A stretch of DNA of 64,000 nt from Mytilus trossulus. Its lineage: Eukaryota. Each line of letters begins with the position of its first letter. Position 1 is the stretch's first letter. Both the position numbers and the translations under genes were made by a program. The notes beneath the pieces were generated by a model, which saw nothing but the letters and a program-made list of their open reading frames with translations, had not been told where the DNA came from and searched no databases. The stretch is taken from the NCBI RefSeq assembly GCF_036588685.1, contig NC_086373.1, positions 15,314,001 to 15,378,000 of the forward strand, in the 5' to 3' direction. Below, piece after piece: positions 54,552 through 64,000 of this stretch.

Positions 54552-55250
54552 CAACTCGTCTAAACATCAACCCAACAATGTTAGATCTGTAAATTTGCTT
54601 TCGCAAATTTTTGGTTCTTCCCTCGCCGGGATTCGAACCCATGCTACTGTGATATCGTGACACCAAATCGCCTGCACTGTAGCCGTCCCGCTAGACCACA
54701 CGACCACCTGGGCTCTCAAAAAAAGAGCTTTCGGTGGCCATATGTTACCTTTCCACGTCAGTTTTTAATCTAGCGGCGTACTACAGTACATGATATATAA
54801 GGCATGAAGATGTTATTGTTACAGATCAGCTAAATTATCTATAGTAAAGGATCCTACAAATTAATGTAAGATACAGTCACAGAAAATAATTATATTCATA
54901 AGTACGTCTGAGTCAGTGACAACCCTACAACAGATGTATCCATCGGATCGCCATCGATGATGGTGATACATGGCTGTGTACATAATGTATATACAACTCG
55001 TCTAAACATCAACCCAACAATGTTAGATCTGTAAATTTGCTTTCGCAAATTTTTGGTTCTTCCCTCGCCGTGAAGAACCAAAAATTTGCGAAAGCAAATT
55101 TACAGATCTAACATTGTTGGGTTGATGTTTAGACGAGTTGTATATACATTATGTACACAGCCATGTATCACCATCATCGATGGCGATCCGATGGATACAT
55201 CTGTTGTAGGGTTGTCACTGACTCAGACGTACTTATATATATATATATAT
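54525..55250 (-). mobile_element. tRNA-derived (Pol III A/B box) repeat, 442-bp period, with a 165-bp terminal inverted duplication, inserted in (TA)n
   Basis: Minus-strand A-box-like TGGTCGTGTGG (54706-54696) and B box GGTTCGAATCC (54639-54629). Direct repeat 54551../54993..; inverted arms 54898-55062 and 55072-55236. Confidence 0.85.
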
Positions 55251-57753
55251 CTGTTTTATTTTTCTAAAAGCCAACTGTTAAAAATCAACAAATAAAAGCT
55301 GAAATATCGGAAATTCCTAATTTAATAAAAAAAAAAAAGCATATGTTTTCGTCCGACCAATCCAATTTTTATCTCCTATACCCTAATCAAACGTTTGTCA
55401 TTTTTCCATTAATCACAATTAGAGTCCAAATGCCTCCCAATAAAATTCACTTAGGTAAAACAGAGTACAATAACAAATAAATCATCACCTACCAGCAAAT
55501 AAATGTATATTCCTCCTTAGCGTTTACTTATAACCTAGTACATGTAAATGCAGAGTCCAATACAATATGCTTTAGAGTATTTGCTGGTGAAACTAATTTA
55601 AAAGAGGGGTGATAGATACCAGAGGGACAGTCAAAACCATAGATTGAAAACAAACTGACAACGCCATGGCTAATGTATATTGAGAAATATTTACACAATA
55701 AAAAAACTCAAAGATGCCGGGCGAATAATTGTGTACGTAATAGGCCTGTTTTGTCTACAAAAGACTCATTAGTGACGCTAGTACCATCAAAGAATCAAAG
55801 CCAAATATAAAAAAATAGCTGCAGATCATTGATTGAAATATAACCTCATTAAAGTCTGTAGTACCATTTTGTTTGTACCTCTAATCGGGGACTTTCAATC
55901 AAAAGAGTTATCCGTAATGTATCAAGCGCAAACGTTATTTGACATTTTATTTTGTTCTGATGCGTATTTAATCATTGCCCTTCGACATTTAAACCCTTCG
56001 GCTTTCCAAACTGTTGGTGTCAAGCATACCCGATGTATGTTATTAAAATTTACATTTCTTGTGAACAGGAAAGGGTGTTATAAGTTTGGTCTAACTTATA
56101 TTGGCTGTCTTTCAGTTCCCGAGGTTAATATTCGCCCAATAACCATTGACCCGATTTAAATTATAAAATGTTTCATTCATTAATATTTTAAGTAGAGTCA
56201 AAAGTAGTTTACTTGTGTCCAAATCACAAATCCAATAAATTCACAAAGAAGATAAAAAAAAAAAATACAGAATCGCCAGTACTTCAAAAGCAGGAGACCG
56301 GCACGGTACGTCACAGTTACTGTTTGCACATCATGTATCATTTGCATGTAAATCAACCATTAGTCAAAAGTCACATTTCGGAATAGGGACAAACTTGGTT
56401 TAAAATTAGAAAGCCAAAGATTTAAGACCGTGAAAACATTATGGTAATGTATTTTATCAAACACATATGTTATTGTGCAAAAACTACAACTCTCTCAAGC
56501 CATGTTGACATTAGACTGTTAGGGGGGAACTGTTTAATTTCCTTTGGTATTTATGATGTTTATCATCAAGCATTTTTTTTCATTGATGTGTTGAGCTTAC
56601 CTATTGATGTTCAATGTAAAATTGAGAATGGAAATGATGAATGTGTCAAAGTGACAACAACCCGACCATAAAGCAGACAACATTGATGTTGAAAGAACAT
56701 GATGATTTTTTTTCTAAGCAAAAATGTCGTGCTTAGTATTCTTCATTTCACGAAAGCATCAGTTGGATATATAACATTTTCTTATAAGAATCGTGTTGCT
56801 TTTATACTTAAGTTGCACATAAATACCAATCGACATAGCCAACAAGTGGCACTGTAATAGCTTGCAAAATCTTTAAATTCACATTTTAAAGTAGGATGTT
56901 TGAAAACTTGATAGGTCATTAATGTTAAAAAGTATCGATAAAAATGCAGATCAATATATTTTTATAAAACTTTGATATCACTCTCAAGAGAATTGGCGTC
57001 AAGGGTTTTAAGTGAACTACATTTCCTGTTATTTCAAAGAACAACTGTGTTGCTTTCTAGATGTGCTTTTAATTCTTTATACCAACTCTATTGTTGTACC
57101 ATATAAGACTTAGCCAAGCAATTTTCTCTGTGCTACTTTCAGGATATTGCACAAGACATATCATAACTGATAAGAGTTTTCAATTATAATAATTGAGCAC
57201 CTTTGTACAATGAGTAGTAAAATAACATATACTGAGTCTGAATGTTTACAATGATTGGCATAATGGGAAACTATACAAACATTGCATTTTACGTTTATCA
57301 GTGTTCTTGTCCAAGCAAAGCTTTTAGTAGCTAGTGGAATGAATAGATGTGCCTACTGATGCTGGGATGTATTGACAGCCTCTGATTGGCGAGAAATACT
57401 TCGTCAATTGATACTCATCTCTAGTTCGATAAAGAATAGTAACTACCATCGGGTCATCAATCAAGGAGTTTCACAAGTACCCATTAATAGAATATCTAAA
57501 CTTCAGTCTGGACCGGTCTACCTAGCACTACCACCGGATATTGATTTGATGTCGTATTGCAGGTAAAAATCACCTGTTAAACGCTTCATTTAATTGTACA
57601 TCAGACACAGGACTGTGTTTATGGAACTAATAGGACTTTTCATACAGTATTTATCATATAATTGTAGGCTTAATGTCATTGATTATCAGTAATTTGTGGA
57701 AAGTATGAGAAATATGATACGAAAACATTTTCATCATTCGAAGAATATGAATA

Positions 57754-58125
57754 ATGAGTAATTTTACTTTGGTTGTGTCTTATATTGTAATAAGTGTAAC
57801 AATAGTTATTTCCTATGGAAAACAAATACAATTAAGTGTTATCTGTGATGAATCATTATATAATCTTTGTGCTAAACAAGTGAGAACCTACGAGAAAACT
57901 TATCAAAGATCAACAAACTCTATTGACAATGTAGTATTTCCTATAAAGATTAAGAAAGGAACTAGTGATTTGTTGATAAATTATCAGCAGTTTAACGTTA
58001 ATGATGACTTTTGGAATATATTTGTAGTTTTTGGAGATGACGTGACAACAAATGCCGCTGCAATTGTTGCCACTACCTACCACATACCTATATTCCTGTA
58101 CACAACTTCACAGTGGCACAACAAT
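57754..58125 (+). CDS. First coding exon of a secreted or membrane receptor, possibly an ionotropic glutamate receptor/IR or other ANF-receptor-like amino-terminal domain; the gene continues downstream
   Basis: ATG, then a hydrophobic signal-like stretch (MSNFTLVVSYIVISVTIVISYG), 124 open codons and a perfect gtaagt donor at 58126. IFVVFGDDVTTNAAAIVATTYHIPIFLY resembles the AIFGP...xxIPHI region of iGluR N-terminal domains. Confidence 0.55.
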
Positions 58126-61100
58126 GTAAGTAGTGTTACAATTATTAGCATCCTATTATTTATATGCTGTCAACCCATTTTGAATACAAAGAAAGTTTTA
58201 TAAATACAGCTAGAAATTGCTTTGTCTGTACATGAAATGGTTATCTATATTAAGTTATAAAAACAATGATATAAACTAGAGACATGTCTCTGCAGCAGGT
58301 ATATATATTTTAAGTTATAAGTAAGAAATAAAAGAGAGAGAAAAAAGTAAATGTATTGTCAATTAGATTGTATAGTTAATAGTTGGTGAATCAGACAGAT
58401 CATAGAAGAATAAAAAAGTCAGCGTTGGGATCACTTACGATTTTCTTTTTATTCCAGCTTAAATGTTAGATTCTATTAATAGTCTTTGAAAACATTCCAT
58501 TGCTTTTGTATTTTAAAAGATCACTACGGGAATTAAATCGAAAAAAGCATTTAAAAAATCGAAATTATTTGAATATTGATAAATGAAGTAAAGCAAATCA
58601 ACAAAGTGGGTTAAAATCTAGGACTCAAACACAATTCTTTATTTGTTTTTAATTTTAAACGAAATTGAAATGGCCTCACCATAGTGATTGAAAAACTGAA
58701 GAGAACGGATGGAATATATTTTAAAAATTTTATAGCTATTTCCATTAAAGTACATAATTCATGTTAAAGAAACAAATATAGAAAGATTGTCTAAATCTGG
58801 CCATCTAAATCATTATATTCATTTGTCAATTCTCATTAGTAAATTGAAATCAGGCAGGGAAAATCAATAGAATAGCTATTTAAATTCAACCTTTATTCCA
58901 TAAAATTCAGGTAAAATACGTGAGGCCTCAAGAATCGTATTTACAAATGCCTATGCACAACTCTGATTTTTTTAGTATCATACAGTTCAATATTCATTGC
59001 ACTGGATCAAAAACATAAAAGAACAATTATTATGCAGTTATTGCAATTCTGAAAGATTATTAATCTCATTAGCAATTTTTTATTGAAGTAATTTAGACAT
59101 TATCTACATAAAATTGCAACACAAAACGCTTAACTGTTATCATAAATACCATTATTGTTAAAACAAGGTCATTTCATTGCATCAAAAAACAAACAAATTA
59201 TTTCATAGCTTCAAGAGTATTTTCTTTGGTAAATGGACAACACACCACATCTTCCTATATCTAAAAAGACAAATCGTGTTTTTTTTTCGAACCCCAATCT
59301 CCACACGATGGCCAATAGATTAGCAGATAAAATAAAATATATGGTAGCATAATACCATAGGTTAAGGTCTAACCTTCCCTTTTTACGTATCAAAAGTACT
59401 TTTTAAAATAGGGCTGATAATAGTAGCTTCGACAGCGATGATACTTATTTGAGAAACAGAAGTGGTCCAAAGAGTAATTACTCAGTATAATCATGGAAGT
59501 AATATTTCAATATTACTATTTCAATATTACTTCCATAGTATAATAAAGAACGGTCGGAAAAAAATTAGTCCATCGAAACACGTTTTTTTATTGAACGTAA
59601 ATTTTGACTTACCATTTTGTGAACAGGAATCAATAATCTAGAACCAACCAGTTCGTTCATGAATCTGATCTTAAAACCTGAATAAATAATTGTAAGTTTG
59701 ATAACTAAGCAATTGTCCAAGAATTGCAAAGGCGTGAAACAAATGAAATGTAGACAAACAAAAAACCTAACAAACATGAAAATGTACAATTGAGTGATCC
59801 ACTAAAACATTGAAGCTCCTGTTCCAGGAGGGTTGTAATTGCAGTAAACGGGAACACGGTCAAAATTTTAAAAAGAACAAAAATTTACATTGAAATAGAT
59901 TATGAAAAACCAAACACGTTTTAACTTATGATATTTGAATCGTAAAAAAATCTAAAAATGTAGACGCTTTCAAAATAAAAATTACATTAGAGAAAAAGGA
60001 AGTTCATGATTCGCAACTGCCTCATTTTCTATTTCTTTCATTTTTCAAATTCTCTGATTTCTTTTTGCAGGAAGTACTCATAAAATTTCATAAGTAAGGA
60101 TTTTAATGGGAAACTAGTACAAGAGAAACAAAAGATATTTAAACTCATAAGTCTAAATTTAACTAACAAGTCAATGGGGATGGGGTGGGGGGAATAGAAA
60201 AACGATAACAAAATCCAAAACAACAGAATACAAAACACAACATAGATAACACACAAATGAGTAACGCGAACCAACATCTTCGGATGATAGAAATATACGT
60301 TACTTCCATCTGCTTAATTGCCAGTGTATATAAAGCCAAAGGTCCTATACCAGACATTAGCTTTTGCTCATTATTGAAGGACGTACACTGTCCTGTACTA
60401 GTTGATTTCTGTGGCATTTGGTCTCTTGTTGAGAGTTGTCGCATTGGCAATCATACCAAATAGTATTTTTATGTTATAAATATGGTAGGCTACATGAGTG
60501 GAATGTTTAGAAAGTTACTGTCGAATCCCCCGAAAAGTTTGGCAATATTATTGCGAGAATTTTACATGCTCTTCCTTTAAATTTTATGTACTATTTGTCC
60601 AATTATCTTATAATTTCTCTTTGTTTTTTTTTATCTAGAATAAACAGGATTAAGTTATTATTAACTCGTTTGCGGTTTCGGCTTTCCACTAACTGTCAAG
60701 ATAAAAAGCATGATAAGCACTACTTTAAACAGAATGTCAGTCTTTAAAAATACTTTCAAACATATTGTTTTATATTTCTTTGACATCTGAAAAAAATGTA
60801 TTTGTTTGAATATAAAAGAATAAATGAAAACATTCATGAAAGGTAAACATTGAATAATTTTTTAGTGAATCTCGTTTTATTCTTTAAAATCTAAGATTTA
60901 TTTAAGCAGGCATTATACATTTGGCATGGATGGAATAAAAAAGCAAGAATACATTTGGCATGGATGGAATAAAAAAGCAAGAATAAATGTGTTAATCTAA
61001 TGAAAGTTGAACTAGGTTACTTCATGACGATAAAATTTCCATTTTTTTTATTCATGTTTTAGAATACTCCTTTAATCAGAACTGTACAGAACTTTTATGT

Positions 61101-63824
61101 GTTATTGTTCTATTCTTATTATTTACATATATTATTAGGTTAGACTGACTACTAATGTTTCTTTTCTCTTGCGTCAGAGAATGCAATCTAAAATGTCACT
61201 ACGGATTCAGCAAGTCTATACATTATACAACGTGATGATAGCTGGCTGATTTTATGTGCCTGCTGAATTGATTAAAAAGGAGATAAACATATACTTAACG
61301 AGGTTTTGTAAACTAAGGTTGTAATTCTGTGTAATAACCATTTCCCTAAACCGAGACTATCTTTCAATATTGCATTGTTTTCACCTTATCATGTTTTGTT
61401 GCTCTTCAATGGTTATTAGAATATAAAGGAAGAATCAAAATGCATTCATCCCGGAAGCTATATTCTAATTCAATTTTTTTGCTAAGAGATGCTTTCTTTT
61501 CTATTAGAGTTGGTGTAGGCATGTAGGGTCTTAAACATATTATTTGTCGTGAATGTTTAATCTGGCTCGATAGGTTGGTTGTTTCGTTTCGTTTTGATTT
61601 TTTGTTAACAGTATCTAGCATACCATCTGACTTGCTTCTCCGAGGTTTTGTTCTAGTAATTTAGTTCTTGGTAATTTAGTCTTCCACGCATAACTGATTC
61701 TTTAAAATCAGTTATGAATAAAAAGTGATAAATAAAAAGAGATGCGTGGATAAAACAGCACACCAACACACAAAACAAAAAAAAAGAGATCTAGTGACCA
61801 AGAATAGACAGGTGTCTATACGGAATATACATTGAACTTGTCCCGAAAAAGAGGTGAACTATTCAGGTATGTGACGGAATCATATCTGTTTTTGCACAAA
61901 CAGCAAATGATATGTCTCTTATTGAAAAAATAGTCCTTTACATTCAGCAAGTTCAGTTCTGTTGACTATAGAATAATAAATTATTCAGTTTGGGTTACTC
62001 CTGATTGAAAAACATTTGCACTATGGACTTTGTCGGTTATAAAAGCTCAGAGAGCTTATATTTATTTGTTATGTAACATGCCGAAAGCTTTGAATTGAAT
62101 TTGAATTTGAATTGACATCTGAATAAAATCTTACAGCAATGACTGATTAAAAGTATATCTGATCTTCGTCAACTATGAGTCGATTTTCTCTCTCTCTCTC
62201 TCTCTTGATCGATAATCTAAAAGTTTTTTAGTCAAACCGGTAATTGATCGATTTAGTTTGGGTTATTTTCTTAACAGTTTTAGATATTGCTGTTCTTTTA
62301 GACTTTGAGCTGAAATATGTATACGCTATATTCAATTAGTGTGTCTCCTATACGGATCATTATTTTTTTTCTGATTTTGGTCTGTTTATAAAATTTTGAT
62401 TCGAGTATGCTTTACATGAAACCTAATCTAATCCAACAAAAGACGCTGATGAGATTATATCCATAGAACTAATATACGTTTGCGTTGTAAGATATTGCTA
62501 AAAAAAATATTCTTTAAAGTAACAAAGTTATTCCTTACATGAAAATCTTAGAATTTACTAAAATTATATTATCACTGAATACGAAAATGTGGTTTTATAT
62601 AAAATATTACGAGGATGTATTGAGAGTTGACATAGTTATGCCAGCCTTTTGTTGGTTTCATCATTTCTTTCGACAAAATCAAAAGTTTGCGCACTAGGTA
62701 AATCTTTAGACTTTGTACTTTCGTTTTCATGCTGTAATACGCTTTGTGTGTTTATCTTTCAAAACTGTTTGTCTCGAGCGCACCTGCTGGAGATTATTCC
62801 GAATCACGCGTTAGGTGCATGGAATAGACATCATACATGTATTTTATTTTATTTTACGACCTAAATGTACTTGTGAAATCTGACGGACGCAAGATGGCTC
62901 ATTATAAAGTAAGCATCACTGCCAGATACCATGCTCTGTTTCACTTCTTACAGTACTTTATGAAAATCAAAGAAATAAATATTACGTCACGTATAATATG
63001 ATACTTAGTAAAAACAGTTTCTTCTCAAACCATGAAAGACGAAAAAATCTGATTTTGAAAACACGGATTATCAATCAATAATACGAAAACAATTACAGAT
63101 GGCGTCAAACCGGATCTAAATACTGTTTCAGCTTGTGTAAATAATAACAAGGTACTTATCAATCTAAAGCATACCAAAGAGATAAATAAATATCTCGCTG
63201 AGTAATCCAGTTGCACAATAAAATAAATAAAAAAACTCAATGCTAGTATTAAATACAACTTTTACTGCATTCTATGCGTGATGAGTATTAAATATAACCT
63301 TTGCTTTATTATGTGCGTGACGAGTAGAAGTTGCTTAATCAATCCAATCTTATAGCATGTAAGGCAATCGATTAATAAATCAAAAGTTTTGATGGACCAT
63401 TGATGTAAATAATCATTTAATATAATAACTAGGAAAAGGTCAACGAGTCTTCAACTATAGATAGAACAAACAAGATACTAATCCAGGAATATAACATTGG
63501 AATGAAAATGTTTTGGATTGAGCCTATCAAAACATGTTATTGTTCATGTGCATACATGTACCTGCCAACTGTCACTATTTGCGGGGGATTTCCCCATGGA
63601 AGCTATCAAATGGAAATTTTGTAAGGGCATTTTTGTCTACAGTTTTAAACAACACAGTAGTTTCATAATTGCTATAGGCTTTCAAAAGTATGAAGAAGCC
63701 AAAAAAAAAAAAAACCCATTAAAATACATTTGAAGGCTCCCTTGAAGGTTTTAAAGGACTACAAGAGCCACCTAGCACGCAACCCCCCTGGGCATTTTGA
63801 AAAGTTGACAAGTATCCAATCTCA

Positions 63825-64000
63825 TAAACATGTTTAACCCCGCCGCATTTTTGCGCCTGTCCCAAGTCAGGAGCCTCTGGCCTTTGTTAGTCTTGTATTA
63901 TTTTAATTTTAATTTCTTGTGTTCAATTTGAAAATTAGTATGCCGTTCATTATCACTGAACTAGTAAATATTTGTTTAGGGGCCAGCTGAAGGACGCCCC
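63825..64000. repeat. Interspersed repeat truncated by the window end
   Basis: aaacatgtttaaccccgccgc...cctgtcccaagtcaggagcc motif, shared with family A internal segments (e.g. about 27593). Confidence 0.5.

Noticed and set aside
54620-54717. Functional tRNA gene
   Set aside because: A and B boxes are present but there is no clean acceptor or anticodon cloverleaf, and it is embedded in a repeat unit.
54710-54765. Hammerhead-like CTGACG...CGAAAGCTC on the minus strand of the tRNA-derived element
   Set aside because: Lacks CUGANGA and the UH cleavage site after stem III.

Overview
AT-rich eukaryotic (animal) genomic DNA; the repeat families and retrozyme sequence point to a bivalve, most likely a Mytilus mussel (inference). 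It contains one complete gene, WDR18/IPI3 (+, 5596-22611, 11 predicted coding exons, about 429 aa), and the first coding exon of a probable signal-peptide-bearing receptor (57754-58125, iGluR/ANF-receptor-like N-terminus). The rest is repeats: two decayed LINE RT fragments, a Penelope-like RT remnant, Helentron-type (HINE) elements, MITEs and minisatellites. The dominant non-coding feature is a 4.7-kb array of 356-bp units, each carrying a type I hammerhead ribozyme (a non-LTR retrozyme), organised as a 1068-bp trimeric higher-order repeat. About ten dispersed copies from two subfamilies also occur, and the measurable ones end about 40-45 nt past the cleavage site. The most novel-looking item is a tRNA-headed, Pol III-like 442-bp unit inserted into a (TA)n tract in circularly permuted form with a 165-bp terminal inversion (54525-55250). 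A GC-rich insert flanked by 87-bp direct repeats lies in WDR18 intron 9.
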